This document shows, piece after piece, positions 1 through 9,500 of a DNA stretch of 64,000 bases. The stretch spans positions 4,270 through 68,269 of the forward strand of contig MHGF01000029.1 of assembly GCA_001805445.1 (NCBI GenBank), in the 5' to 3' direction. The position numbers and the translations under genes were made by a program. The first letter of the stretch is position 1, and every line of letters begins with the position of its first letter. The notes beneath the pieces were generated by a model, which saw only the letters and a list, made by a program, of their open reading frames with translations, had not been told where the DNA came from and searched no databases. Source of the DNA: Omnitrophica WOR_2 bacterium GWF2_43_52. Lineage in GTDB: Bacteria; Omnitrophota; Gorgyraeia; Gygaellales; UBA12090.

Positions 1-286
1 CCACGCGGCACTCCCCGGAATTATAGCCGCCTCAATGCTGGGTATTGGCAGGGTTATCGGGGAGACGATGGCGGTAATGATGATTACCGGTAACGCCGCG
101 GTAATTCCCACTACTTTTTTGCAGCCGGTGCGCACCCTTACCGCGACCATTGCCGCGGAAATGGGCGAGACAGTGCACGGCAGCATGCATTATTATTCCC
201 TGTTTGCCATCGGCATAATCCTTTTTGTGATTACTTTTATTATTAATGTGACGGCGGATATGTTTTTGCATAGGAATAAAAAATAA
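1..286 (+). CDS. pstC: Phosphate ABC transporter permease PstC, C-terminal part (gene begins upstream of the window)
   Basis: The frame is open from base 2. An EAA-type permease motif (ATIAAEMGETVHG) and a C-terminal TM segment are present. It lies directly upstream of pstA-pstB-phoU. Confidence 0.7.
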   Translation, partial: HAALPGIIAASMLGIGRVIGETMAVMMITGNAAVIPTTFLQPVRTLTATIAAEMGETVHGSMHYYSLFAIGIILFVITFIINVTADMFLHRNKK

Positions 287-288
287 AT

Positions 289-340
289 ACACGAATTAAC
301 ACGAATGAAAAACCGAATTGACACGAATAGATTTGTGATA
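289..340. repeat. Direct array of the octamer ACACGAAT (forward half only) between pstC and pstA
   Basis: acacgaat-ta-acacgaat-gaaaaaccgaat-tg-acacgaat. The same core forms palindromic arrays at four other loci. Confidence 0.6.
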
Positions 341-345
341 ATTAT

Positions 346-1197
346 TTGAGCATGAAGACGACTACTAAGCAGAAAATCGCTTTTAGCATCCTTTTTTTGT
401 GTACTATTATGGTAGTGCTTCCGGTGCTTTTTGTTCTGGGGATTATTATCAAAAATGGCTGGCATGGGATCAACTGGCAATTTTTGACTACCATGCCTAA
501 GGATGGCATGCGCGGGGGAGGGATTTATCCGGCAATCGTTGGGACATTGTATCTGGTTTCCTTATCAATAGTTTTTTCTCTGCCCATAGGGCTCCTTGCC
601 GCCATTTATCTTAACGAATATGCCAAGGATAATTTACTCACCCGCCTTATACGGCTTGCCATTGTTAATCTCTCAGGAGTTTCCTCTGTAGTCTATGGTT
701 TATTCGGTTTGGCATTATTTGTTACGTTTATGAAATTTGGGGTTTCAATCCTTTCCGGAGCGCTTACGTTAGCGATAATGAATCTTCCGATTGTGATTAC
801 TGCCTCAAGAGAGGCATTGGCGAGTGTCCCATATTCTTTTAGGGAGGTAAGTTATTCTTTAGGTTTAAGCCGTTGGCAGACTATCCGGCATTCGGTATTG
901 CCTTTTGCTATCCCCGGGATACTCACCGGCGCGATCCTTAGCTTAGCCAGGGCGGCAGGTGAAACCGCGCCTATTTTATTTACCGTAGCCGCTTTTTATC
1001 TTCCCAAACTTCCGGATTCTATTTTTGACCAGGCAATGGCGTTACCGTATCATCTGTATATTATTTCTACTCAAATCCCTAACATTAGTACGGAAACCAG
1101 GTACGCGACCGCGCTTGTTCTGGTAGGCATTGTTTTTAGTATGAATATTATAGCGGTAGTGATTCGTGCCCGCTTAAGGAAGAGGAAAAAATGGTAA
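346..1197 (+). CDS. pstA: Phosphate ABC transporter permease PstA
   Basis: 283 aa with 6 TM segments. Permease EAA-loop-like region (LSRWQTIRHSVLPFAIPGILTG). Synteny with pstB and phoU. Confidence 0.85.
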   Translation: MSMKTTTKQKIAFSILFLCTIMVVLPVLFVLGIIIKNGWHGINWQFLTTMPKDGMRGGGIYPAIVGTLYLVSLSIVFSLPIGLLAAIYLNEYAKDNLLTRLIRLAIVNLSGVSSVVYGLFGLALFVTFMKFGVSILSGALTLAIMNLPIVITASREALASVPYSFREVSYSLGLSRWQTIRHSVLPFAIPGILTGAILSLARAAGETAPILFTVAAFYLPKLPDSIFDQAMALPYHLYIISTQIPNISTETRYATALVLVGIVFSMNIIAVVIRARLRKRKKW

Positions 1198-1976
1198 CCC
1201 ACGCCACCAGGTCACCAGGTCACCAGGTCACCAGTAAAATTATTATACAACAACTTAGCATTTGGTTTGGAAAGGTTTTGGCTTTAAGGAGCCTGAACCT
1301 GGAAATACAGGGTAATGAAATCCTTGGCGTTATTGGCCCTGCCAACAGTGGCAAGACTTCCTTTTTGAGGCAGCTTAACCGCCTAAATGAATTGGAGGCG
1401 AGTTTTCGGATGAGCGGCGAGGTCATTTTGGATAACAAAAATATCCAGCACATAAAACCTGAAGCGTTACGAAAAAGGGTGGGGATGATTTTTGCCCTTC
1501 CGCAGGTTCTTCCTATATCTATCTATGACAATGTTGCCTATGGGGTGCGGATGCACGATGGTAAGAGTAAAAGTGAACTAGACGGTATCGTTGAGGATTC
1601 GCTTAAGTCATCGTTTTTGTGGGATGAGGTTAAGGACAGGCTAAAAGAATTAGCGACAAAACTCTCAGGAGGCCAACAGCAACGCTTGTGTATTTCCCGC
1701 ACTTTGGCAGTAAAGCCTGAGGTAGTTTTATTCGATGAGCCTTGCTCCGGTCTTGACCCTATTTCTACTGCTAAAGTAGAGGAGTCAATGCTTAAGCTGA
1801 AAGAAAAATATACTATTGTCTTGGTAACCAATAATACCAAGCAGGCAGCCCGGGTAAGCGACCGCACAGCTTTTTTCCTTACGGGTGAGTTGGTAGAGAT
1901 AGACAAAACGCATAAACTATTTACCGCTCCCAAGGATAAAAGGACAGAAGAGTATATACAGGGGAAATTCGGGTAA
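1191..1976 (+). CDS. pstB: Phosphate import ATP-binding protein PstB (copy 1)
   Basis: Walker A GPANSGKTS, ABC signature LSGGQQQR, Walker B VVLFDEP. The start overlaps the pstA stop (ATGGTAA). The N-terminus carries an unusual tandem CACCAGGT x3 insertion. Confidence 0.85.
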   Translation: MVTHATRSPGHQVTSKIIIQQLSIWFGKVLALRSLNLEIQGNEILGVIGPANSGKTSFLRQLNRLNELEASFRMSGEVILDNKNIQHIKPEALRKRVGMIFALPQVLPISIYDNVAYGVRMHDGKSKSELDGIVEDSLKSSFLWDEVKDRLKELATKLSGGQQQRLCISRTLAVKPEVVLFDEPCSGLDPISTAKVEESMLKLKEKYTIVLVTNNTKQAARVSDRTAFFLTGELVEIDKTHKLFTAPKDKRTEEYIQGKFG

Positions 1977-2045
1977 AAAAGCTCAATGTTACGAAGGACG
2001 TATGATGAGAGACGAAGGATGTGAACAGCAAGGTGATTTCCAACA

Positions 2046-2801
2046 ATGTCAAAGATAATTGCAAAAGACTTAAATCTCTGGTATGGCGCTTTTCACGCTT
2101 TAAAGCATATTCACCTTGACTTTGACGAGAGGCGTATCACTGCTATTATCGGCCCCTCCGGATGCGGCAAGTCTACGCTTTTAAGGGTTTTTAACCGGAT
2201 GAATGACTTAGTTGAAGGCGTGCGCATGAAAGGAGAGGTGTTGATAGATGATAAGAGTATTCTTGACGGCGGGTTTAATGATTTGGTAAAATTGCGTAAA
2301 AAAGTAGGTATGGTCTTTCAGAGGCCAAACCCTTTTCCACTTTCGGTGTATGAGAACGTTATCTTCGGCCTTAAAGTCCATCACTTGGCAAAAAAGAATG
2401 ATTTTGACGCTATAGTACAGGAAAGTTTAGAGTCCGTGCTGCTGTGGAATGATTTAAAAGATAAACTGCGTAAGAATGCGTTAGGGTTATCGTTAGAGCA
2501 GAAGCAGCGGCTTTGTATTGCCCGGACTATCGCGGTTAAGCCGGATATAGTGCTGATGGATGAGCCGTGCTCAGCGCTTGACCCGCAGGCAACCCTCAAG
2601 ATAGAAGAGCTGATGCAGCGGCTTAAAAAAGAGTATACGATAGTGATAGTGACGCACAATATGCAGCAGGCAGCGCGGGTTTCTGATGATACGGGATTTA
2701 TGCTTTTGGGTGAACTGATTGAATTCGGAAAGACAGTAGAAATATTTACCGCGCCCAAGGACAAGCGGACAGAGGATTATATTACAGGCAGATACGGGTA
2801 A
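2046..2801 (+). CDS. pstB: Phosphate import ATP-binding protein PstB (copy 2)
   Basis: Walker [13 protein letters not shown] signature LSLEQKQR, Walker B IVLMDEP, and the PstB C-terminal [18 protein letters not shown]. Confidence 0.85.
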   Translation: MSKIIAKDLNLWYGAFHALKHIHLDFDERRITAIIGPSGCGKSTLLRVFNRMNDLVEGVRMKGEVLIDDKSILDGGFNDLVKLRKKVGMVFQRPNPFPLSVYENVIFGLKVHHLAKKNDFDAIVQESLESVLLWNDLKDKLRKNALGLSLEQKQRLCIARTIAVKPDIVLMDEPCSALDPQATLKIEELMQRLKKEYTIVIVTHNMQQAARVSDDTGFMLLGELIEFGKTVEIFTAPKDKRTEDYITGRYG

Positions 2802-2945
2802 TTGCAACCGCGGAGGCGCTGAATAACTGTTAGAAGTAAATGTTCCGCAGAAACACAGAAGAAGACTTATTGAATTTCCGCGCTTCAGCGGAAAAGCATA
2901 ATTTTTATTCAAATTCCGCGTTTCAGCGGTTGCAAGGGAGGAATA

Positions 2946-3611
2946 ATGGAAAGAATCTTTGACGAAGAATTGAAGCAATTGCGCCAATACATATTGACTA
3001 TGGCATCATTGGTTGAAGAAGCCATTTTTAAATCAGTAGAGGCGCTTAAGCAAAGGGATAAGTCGCTGGCTGAGGCAGTGATTGCTTCTGATAAAAAGAT
3101 AGATGAGTTAGAAAATAAGATTGATGAATTTTGTTTGGACTTAATCGCGCTTCGCCAGCCGGTTGCCCAGGATTTGCGTTTTATTACCATGGCAATGCAG
3201 AGTGATGCTGACCTTGAGCGGATGGCGGATTTGGCGGTAGATATTGCCCAGAGGGCGGAAGAACTCATTGCTCAGCCACCGTTAAAACCGTTAATTGATA
3301 TCCCGAAATTAGCCGAAATTGCCCAGAAAATGGTAAAAGAGGCAATAGATGCCTTTATCAATAAGGATGTGGAATTAGCAAAGAAGGTTATGCTTGCTGA
3401 TAGGGAAGCGGATGCGCTTCGTGATTTGGTCCAGAAGGAATTGATTTATGATTATATGGTAAAAGACGGCACAACCGCCCCGCGCGCGGTTCCCTTAATT
3501 TTAGTTACCCGCCACTTAGAGCGTATCTGCGACCACGCTACCAATATTGCCGAAGACGTGATTTATATGACTGAGGCAAAGATGGTCAGGCACCATCCGG
3601 AGAAGTTGTAG
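2946..3611 (+). CDS. phoU: Phosphate transport system regulator PhoU
   Basis: 221 aa with two PhoU repeats (DxxxD-type helices such as ADLERMADLAVDIA and HLERICDHATNIAEDV). Immediately downstream of pstB. Confidence 0.85.
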   Translation: MERIFDEELKQLRQYILTMASLVEEAIFKSVEALKQRDKSLAEAVIASDKKIDELENKIDEFCLDLIALRQPVAQDLRFITMAMQSDADLERMADLAVDIAQRAEELIAQPPLKPLIDIPKLAEIAQKMVKEAIDAFINKDVELAKKVMLADREADALRDLVQKELIYDYMVKDGTTAPRAVPLILVTRHLERICDHATNIAEDVIYMTEAKMVRHHPEKL

Positions 3612-3661
3612 CAATCATTATTACCGTTGAGCATCGCATTTTCTTATGATATGATAATGCT

Positions 3662-4348
3662 ATGCCTAAACTGGAAAATTACCGTAAAATAAAAAAGTTT
3701 TGCCTGGAATGGGGCGCGGACCTCTTTGGGGCGGCGGAGATATCCTCGTTAAAAGGTACCTTTGTTATTACTCCAAGAATCGTTGAGGGTTTACAGAGCG
3801 CAATCAGCCTTGGAGTACGCGCTTCGTGCGAAGTTTTAGGTGAAATTGAGCAGCAACCTACCAAACTTTATTTCCATCATTATCGCACCATTAATATGTT
3901 TTTGGACCAATTAGCGCTGCGGTTAAGCAATTATATCCAGAATTTAGGTTTTCGCTCGCTTCCTATACCCGCATCGCAAATCGTTGACTGGCAAAAACAA
4001 ACTGCTCACCTTTCCCATAAGCATATAGCGTATTTAGCGGGATTAGGCTGGATTGGCAGAAATAATTTAATGGTAAATAATAAGTTAGGCAGTCAGTTCA
4101 GGTTGGTAACGGTGCTTACGGATATGCCTTTAAAGTCAGATAAGCCTACGCAAGAAGATTGTGGAAATTGCCGCGCGTGTGTGGTACTATGTCCAGTAAA
4201 AGCAATAAAGGAAAAAAGAGAAGATTTTGACCATTTAGGGTGTTTTGCCTTATTGAAGGAGTTCCAAAAACAAAAGATTGTTGACCAGTATATCTGCGGA
4301 ATCTGCGTAAAAGCCTGTCGTGGAAAATCGCCCTTTAATAAATCTTAA
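3662..4348 (+). CDS. Short epoxyqueuosine-reductase (QueG)-like 4Fe-4S protein
   Basis: QueG-like core AYLAGLGWIGRNNLMVNNKLGSQFRL and 4Fe-4S cluster motif CGNCRACVVLCP. At 228 aa it is shorter than canonical QueG. Confidence 0.45.
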   Translation: MPKLENYRKIKKFCLEWGADLFGAAEISSLKGTFVITPRIVEGLQSAISLGVRASCEVLGEIEQQPTKLYFHHYRTINMFLDQLALRLSNYIQNLGFRSLPIPASQIVDWQKQTAHLSHKHIAYLAGLGWIGRNNLMVNNKLGSQFRLVTVLTDMPLKSDKPTQEDCGNCRACVVLCPVKAIKEKREDFDHLGCFALLKEFQKQKIVDQYICGICVKACRGKSPFNKS

Positions 4349-4416
4349 GCGGTTTTCCGAAGGCCCCGCCTACGGTAAGGCCAAGACGCGGGGTGTCGCT
4401 ATAGTTAAAGGAAAAA

Positions 4417-5115
4417 ATGCCAAAAACCACTAATCAGATTGAGGCGCTTTCTCAAATCGCGCAAGCAATTACCTCGGATTTATATTTAGACGATATCTTG
4501 CGGCTTATTGTCACAGTTACTGCCCAAACCTTGCGTTCGAAGATTTGTTCGCTTATGCTTCTTGATGAGAAAAAACAAGAATTGATAATCAGGGCAACAC
4601 AGTCAATATCCGAAAGCTATAACAAAAAATCTCCGCTTAAGGTTGGTGAGGGCATAGCGGGAAAAGCTGCCTTAGAAAAAAGGCCTATTGCTGTCTATGA
4701 TGTGACTCAGGAAAAAGAATATAAATATAAGGATATTGCCGAAAATGAAGGGCTTGCCTCTTTGTTGTGTGTGCCGCTTATGGTTAAGGGAAGGGTCATC
4801 GGCGTAATAAACCTGTATACCTCAAAACCGCATAAATTTACCAACAATGAAGTGCATATGCTCACCGCGATAGCCAATCAAGCCGCGATGGTGATTGAGA
4901 ATACCGAGCTTATGGTAAAATCAAAAATTATTCAGGAAGAGCTTGAGACACGTAAGTTGGTAGAGAAGGCAAAAGGCATTCTAATGAAAGAACAAGGGTT
5001 ATCAGAGTCAGATTCGTACAGGACGATTCAAAAGTATAGCATGGATTCTCGTAAATCAATGCATCAAGTTGCTGAGGCAATTGTCATGGCGCAGGCAGTG
5101 AAAGAAAAGCGATAA
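4417..5115 (+). CDS. GAF domain plus ANTAR (RNA-binding antiterminator) regulator
   Basis: N-terminal GAF-like fold. The C-terminus has an ANTAR signature (TRKLVEKAKGILMKEQGLSESDSYRTIQKYSM). Confidence 0.6.
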   Translation: MPKTTNQIEALSQIAQAITSDLYLDDILRLIVTVTAQTLRSKICSLMLLDEKKQELIIRATQSISESYNKKSPLKVGEGIAGKAALEKRPIAVYDVTQEKEYKYKDIAENEGLASLLCVPLMVKGRVIGVINLYTSKPHKFTNNEVHMLTAIANQAAMVIENTELMVKSKIIQEELETRKLVEKAKGILMKEQGLSESDSYRTIQKYSMDSRKSMHQVAEAIVMAQAVKEKR

Positions 5116-5119
5116 ATAC

Positions 5120-5205
5120 TTTAAATTGCTGCATTTCAAACTGTTAAACTGCTAAATGGCTAAACTGCTTAACAGTTTAACGCTTTAACACTTTAACAAT
5201 TTAAA
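5120..5205. repeat. Period-8 palindromic array (AAACTGCT units followed by TTAACNNT units)
   Basis: aaactgtt|aaactgct|aaatggct|aaactgct|taacagtt|taacgctt|taacactt|taacaatt. The period is exactly 8 nt and the second half is the reverse complement of the first. Confidence 0.6.
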
Positions 5206-5478
5206 ATGGATTGGCGTATTTTTTTTACCGCATTTACCACAATACTTGTCGCGGAATTAGCGGATAAAACTGAGATGGCAGTCTTAAGCCTGACCGCGAA
5301 GACTAAATCTCCCTGGCCGATATTTTGGGGGGCAATGCTGGCGTTTGCGGTAGCAACTCTCTTAGCGGTTTTGTTAGGGGATGTGGTGGCAAAGTTTGTG
5401 CCTATCCATATCCTGCGTTTTGTCAGCGCAGGGATATTTATTCTTATCGGGATTTTAACTTTATGGGGTAAGCTATAA
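5206..5478 (+). CDS. UPF0016/GDT1-family (TMEM165-like) membrane protein, single-repeat form
   Basis: 90 aa with 3 TM helices and the E-x-G-D-K-T-type motif ELADKTE. Confidence 0.55.
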   Translation: MDWRIFFTAFTTILVAELADKTEMAVLSLTAKTKSPWPIFWGAMLAFAVATLLAVLLGDVVAKFVPIHILRFVSAGIFILIGILTLWGKL

Positions 5479-5502
5479 TATCTTGTTAACCAAATAAAGT
5501 TT

Positions 5503-5535
5503 CGTGTACCGTGTACCGTAACGGTAAACGTAACA
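5503..5535. repeat. Short palindromic array with GTACCG/CGGTAC core
   Basis: gtgtaccg gtgtaccg taacggta aacgtaac. The same core recurs at 16297-16350 upstream of glnK. Confidence 0.45.
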
Positions 5536-5580
5536 TGTCTTCAAGATATAACTATTATTTTATGAAAGTTACTTTGTAAG

Positions 5581-6210
5581 ATGCAGGAAACGGAAGCGGT
5601 AAAAGAGGCGGCGAAACTTATCGGGATAGCCATCCGCACCGCACCCAAAAGCGCTGGGGTTGACGATATTTCGTATACGATAGTGAGTGATTCTGAAAAG
5701 GCAGCATCGGCAGATGAAATCAGAAAAATCGCGGCCTTTCTGATTAAAGAAAATAGGGAAGCAAAGACGAAAAAGGCAATAGAGTTGGATTGGCATAGCG
5801 ACGCGGAGGTGATTGACAAATCAGATTGCCTTATACTTTTAGGAGTGAAGGGCCGTAAACCATTGGGGTTTAATTGCGGGGGCTGCGGCTTTAAAGGCTG
5901 TCAGGAATTCATGAGCGCTAAGTCGCCTGAAACTATCTTTATGGCGGGACCCTTTTGTATGTTTAAGCTTTTGGATTTAGGTATCGCCGTCTCAAGCGCT
6001 GCCAAGGCAGCGGCACATTTTAATATTGATAACCGTATTATGTACCGGGCAGGCTTGGCAGGATACAAGTTAGCTTTATTGAAAGAGTGTAATCCTGTTA
6101 TAGGTATTCCTCTTTCCGCCTCTGGTAAAAATATCTATTTTGACCGTAAGGAAAAGGTAGAAGCCAAAGAACTTTGGAGGCAGATTAATAGTTCTCTTCT
6201 TTCTAAATAA
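5581..6210 (+). CDS. Cys-rich ferredoxin-like protein (DUF2148-like), function unknown
   Basis: The CGGCGFKGC cysteine cluster is the only recognisable feature. Confidence 0.35.
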   Translation: MQETEAVKEAAKLIGIAIRTAPKSAGVDDISYTIVSDSEKAASADEIRKIAAFLIKENREAKTKKAIELDWHSDAEVIDKSDCLILLGVKGRKPLGFNCGGCGFKGCQEFMSAKSPETIFMAGPFCMFKLLDLGIAVSSAAKAAAHFNIDNRIMYRAGLAGYKLALLKECNPVIGIPLSASGKNIYFDRKEKVEAKELWRQINSSLLSK

Positions 6211-6257
6211 TGAGCTATTAGCAAGAATTCGGTAAGGAGTGCGGTAATATGTTGCAA

Positions 6258-6420
6258 ACGGATATCAGGGCATCTAGGGGATTAGGATTTGGGTATCGGG
6301 ACATCGGGGAATCAGGAAAAAGACCGTTGTGTTGTTCCCGACATCCTGATATCCTGATTACCAAATTCTGAGCACCCGATTACCTGATTTCCGCAGTTAA
6401 GATGGTTAACTACACATAGT
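6258..6420. repeat. Palindromic array of ATCAGGG/ATCGGGG units followed by CCCGAT/CCTGAT units, upstream of the lrp-family gene
   Basis: atcagggc atctagggg attagga tttgggt atcggga catcgggg aatcagg ... cccgac atcctgat atcctgat taccaaat ... cctgattt. The flanks AGTGCGGTAATATGTT (5') and ACACATAGTATACGAG (3') are identical to those of the element upstream of glnN. Confidence 0.65.
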
Positions 6421-6437
6421 ATACGAGGGGGAAAGCA

Positions 6438-6923
6438 ATGGATGAAATTTTAGAGATTTTAGAAAAAGACGCGCGCACCAGTCCGGAAGAAATTGCCAAG
6501 ATGCTTCATAAGGATGTTTCAAAGGTAAAGCAGGCAATAAGGAAATATGAGAAAGAGGGGGTAATCTTAAAATACAAAGCGGTAATCAATAAAGAGCTTA
6601 CCCGTGACGAGGAGTCTGAGGTGCGGGCACTCATCGAGGTAAATATCGTGCCGCAAAAAGACTTAGGTTTTGATAAGATTGCAGAGAGGATTTATTCGTT
6701 TCCCGAGGTTACGAGTTGTTACCTTATTTCAGGAACGTATGATTTGTTGGTAGTCATTGAAGGTAAGAATATGCACACGGTTTCGAATTTTGTTGCCGAA
6801 AAGCTTTCTTGTATGGAGAATGTTAGGGGAACCGTGACCCATTTCCTGCTTAAGAAGTATAAGGAGGATGGGGTAATGTTGAAGCATAGAGAAGAGAATA
6901 AGAGGATAGCGATATCGTATTAG
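6438..6923 (+). CDS. Lrp/AsnC-family transcriptional regulator
   Basis: 161 aa with an N-terminal HTH (ILEILEKDARTSPEEIAKML) and a C-terminal RAM domain. Confidence 0.8.
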   Translation: MDEILEILEKDARTSPEEIAKMLHKDVSKVKQAIRKYEKEGVILKYKAVINKELTRDEESEVRALIEVNIVPQKDLGFDKIAERIYSFPEVTSCYLISGTYDLLVVIEGKNMHTVSNFVAEKLSCMENVRGTVTHFLLKKYKEDGVMLKHREENKRIAISY

Positions 6924-7046
6924 CGTATAGCGTGTAGCACATAAGCTGATTAGTTTATGGGTAGGCAGTAGATAGTAATAAGAAAAGATGTTTTTTGTTT
7001 TACTAAACAGCTAACGAGCTAAACAGCTAATGAACTAAGCATTGTT

Positions 7047-8201
7047 ATGAAAGATATTATTTCTAAAGTAGTCCAAGAAATGCAACCTTCAGGTATCCGT
7101 GCCTTCTTTGACCTTGTGCTGGGAATGAAGGATGTCATCTCTCTGGGCGTGGGTGAGCCGGATTTTGTTACCCCTTGGAGTGTCAGGGAATCTGCTATCT
7201 TTTCCTTGGAACAGGGGTATACCAGCTATACCTCGAATAAAGGGATGATGAAGCTCAGGCTTCAAATTGCGCGTTTTCTTAAGAATCATCATGAAGTTAC
7301 CTACGATCCAGACGATGAAATCCTCATTACTGTGGGAGTGAGCGAGGCCTTGGATTTAGCCATGAGGGCTATTATAAACCCTGGAGATAAGGTTTTAATT
7401 CCTGAACCCTGTTATGTTTCTTACGGGCCAGTCACAGCGCTTGCCGGGGGTATCCCTGTGTATGTTTCAACCGCCCCTACAGGCTTTAAAATTACACCTG
7501 AGGCAATTGAGCGGCACTGCGATACGAAAACCAAAGCCATCATTATTAATTATCCTTCTAATCCTACGGGAGTATCGTATAGTAAGAGGGATCTGGAGTG
7601 TTTAAAAAAGGCTATCCTTAAGCATAAGCTTATATTAATTAGCGATGAGGTCTATGATGAGCTTACCTATGATTTCGCGCATACTTCGTTTGCGGCGCTC
7701 TCCGGGCTAAAAAACAATACCCTTTATCTAAACGGATTTTCAAAAAGCTATGCTATGACCGGTTGGCGGGTTGGGTATGCCTGCGGCCCGAAAGAGATAA
7801 TAGCGGCTATGACTAAAATTCACCAATATACCATAATGTGCGTGTCTATAACTAGTCAGATAGCAGCCTGTGAAGCTTTGCAATCGGGGAGAAAAGCTGT
7901 CGAAGAAATGAAGCGTGAGTACCGGCGCAGAAGGGAATTTGTGGTAGATAACCTCAATAGGATAGGATTATCCTGCAATAAGCCTCAAGGGGCGTTTTAT
8001 GCCTTTGCTTCGGTAAAAAACACCAGCTTAAACTCAATAGATTTCTGCCAGCAGTTACTTAAAGAGCAGAAAGTGGCGGTAGTTCCCGGCAACGCCTTTG
8101 GAAAGTCGGGAGAAGGGTATATCCGCATTTCCTATGCCTCCAGCTTTAGCAATTTAAGAGAGGCGTTAAGGAGGATGGAGATATTTTTAAAGGGATTGTG
8201 A
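7047..8201 (+). CDS. Class I/II pyridoxal-phosphate aminotransferase (aspartate/aromatic type)
   Basis: 384 aa. NPTG motif and PLP-lysine context SKSYAMTGWRVGY. Confidence 0.8.
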   Translation: MKDIISKVVQEMQPSGIRAFFDLVLGMKDVISLGVGEPDFVTPWSVRESAIFSLEQGYTSYTSNKGMMKLRLQIARFLKNHHEVTYDPDDEILITVGVSEALDLAMRAIINPGDKVLIPEPCYVSYGPVTALAGGIPVYVSTAPTGFKITPEAIERHCDTKTKAIIINYPSNPTGVSYSKRDLECLKKAILKHKLILISDEVYDELTYDFAHTSFAALSGLKNNTLYLNGFSKSYAMTGWRVGYACGPKEIIAAMTKIHQYTIMCVSITSQIAACEALQSGRKAVEEMKREYRRRREFVVDNLNRIGLSCNKPQGAFYAFASVKNTSLNSIDFCQQLLKEQKVAVVPGNAFGKSGEGYIRISYASSFSNLREALRRMEIFLKGL

Positions 8202-8250
8202 GATAGAAATGCGAGTGAGCAAAAAGGCTTAAAAAAGGAGTAGAGCGGCG

Positions 8251-8700
8251 ATGTTAGAGGAAAAAATTTTAGAGGATTATAAGCAAGCATTGAAGGCCAA
8301 AGACGCAGAAAAGGTGTCTACCATTAGTTTTTTACGTTCACAAATGAAAAATCTAGCCATAGATAAAAGGCAAAATGCTTTAACCGACGAAGATGTGATA
8401 AGTGTTTTAAGAAAGCTGGTTAAACAGCGCAGGGATTCCATCGAGCAGTTTAAGGCCGGCAACCGCCAGGATTTGGTGGAAAAGGAGGCCAAGGAGCTTG
8501 AGATATTGTTGGCATACCTGCCCCAACAGGTTTCTGATGAGAAAATGAAGGAAATCATTGAAGAGGTAGTGAAGGCAACGGGTGCAACCAGTATTCAGGA
8601 TATGGGGAAAGTAATGAAGGAGCTCATGGCTAAGTTTGCCGGCAGGTCTGATAATAAATTGGTGAGTGAATTAGTGAGGCAGCGTTTAACGCAAGGATAG
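8251..8700 (+). CDS. GatB/YqeY-domain protein
   Basis: 149 aa with YqeY-like sequence throughout. Confidence 0.65.
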   Translation: MLEEKILEDYKQALKAKDAEKVSTISFLRSQMKNLAIDKRQNALTDEDVISVLRKLVKQRRDSIEQFKAGNRQDLVEKEAKELEILLAYLPQQVSDEKMKEIIEEVVKATGATSIQDMGKVMKELMAKFAGRSDNKLVSELVRQRLTQG

Positions 8701-8702
8701 CT

Positions 8703-9002
8703 ATGGCAACGGTTAAGAAACTGGTGGATATTTCCCATCACATTGCTAAAGAAAAAGGCTGGTGGGATGATGCTAGGAATGATGGGGAATTAATTGCCCT
8801 GATGCATTCAGAACTTTCAGAGGCGCTTGAGGCAATGCGTAACCATGCCCAAGAAGAGGATGTTGCTGAGGAATTGGCAGATTGCTGTATCCGGATATTT
8901 GATTATTGCGGGGCACGCGGTATAGATTTGCAAAAGGCAATTACGCGGAAGATACAAAAAAACCGTAAACGCCCTTATAAGCACGGGAATAAAAAATTTT
9001 AA
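8703..9002 (+). CDS. MazG-like nucleotide pyrophosphohydrolase (all-alpha NTP-PPase)
   Basis: EexxE-type metal-binding helices (SELSEALEA, EELADC). Confidence 0.55.
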   Translation: MATVKKLVDISHHIAKEKGWWDDARNDGELIALMHSELSEALEAMRNHAQEEDVAEELADCCIRIFDYCGARGIDLQKAITRKIQKNRKRPYKHGNKKF

Positions 9003-9017
9003 GGAAAGATAATAAGG

Positions 9018-9080
9018 GGTCGATAGTCGATGGTCAATAGTCAATAGGGAAAACATAGGCTATAGACCATAGACCATGAG
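9018..9080. repeat. Palindromic array with GTCAATAG/CTATAGAC core
   Basis: tcgatag tcgatgg tcaatag tcaatag ... ctatagac catagac cat. Confidence 0.5.
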
Positions 9081-9095
9081 CTCTCCATTGGTCTA

Positions 9096-9386
9096 ATGTT
9101 TACACACGCCGTATTATTTGAGATTAAGGCTAAGGAAATCAAGGCTTATTGTAAAGACTGTAAGATGTGGGCCGGTTATGCCAAGAAGGCTAAAGGGTTT
9201 ATCCGCTATCTTACCGTAAAACGCCTTGAGTATAAGAACCAGTATGCCTCAGTTTACGAATGGAATTCCAAGCAGGATCACGGCCGTTTTATGAAAAAAT
9301 TCCATGACTGGCTGGTGAGCAAATCAAAAGCAAAAGTAAAGGTCATAGGGTATTATAATCTTAAGGTAATAGATGAGATTAGGTAA
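9096..9386 (+). CDS. Hypothetical small protein, possibly an ABM/Dabb-like fold
   Basis: The ORF is defined by the six-frame track; I have no independent support for the fold. Confidence 0.3.
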   Translation: MFTHAVLFEIKAKEIKAYCKDCKMWAGYAKKAKGFIRYLTVKRLEYKNQYASVYEWNSKQDHGRFMKKFHDWLVSKSKAKVKVIGYYNLKVIDEIR

Positions 9387-9483
9387 GCACGAATTTGCAC
9401 GAATAAAAGGCCGAATGGACACTAATTTATTAAAAATAATTTATTCGTGTTAATTCGTGTGAAATTCGTGTCTATTCGTGTTT
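9386..9483. repeat. Palindromic array of CACGAAT units followed by ATTCGTG units
   Basis: gcacgaat ttgcacgaat aaaaggccgaat ... attcgtgt taattcgtgt gaaattcgtgt ctattcgtgt. The reverse-orientation units are spaced at 11 nt. Confidence 0.65.
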
Positions 9484-9500
9484 AAAAGGAAGAAATAATC

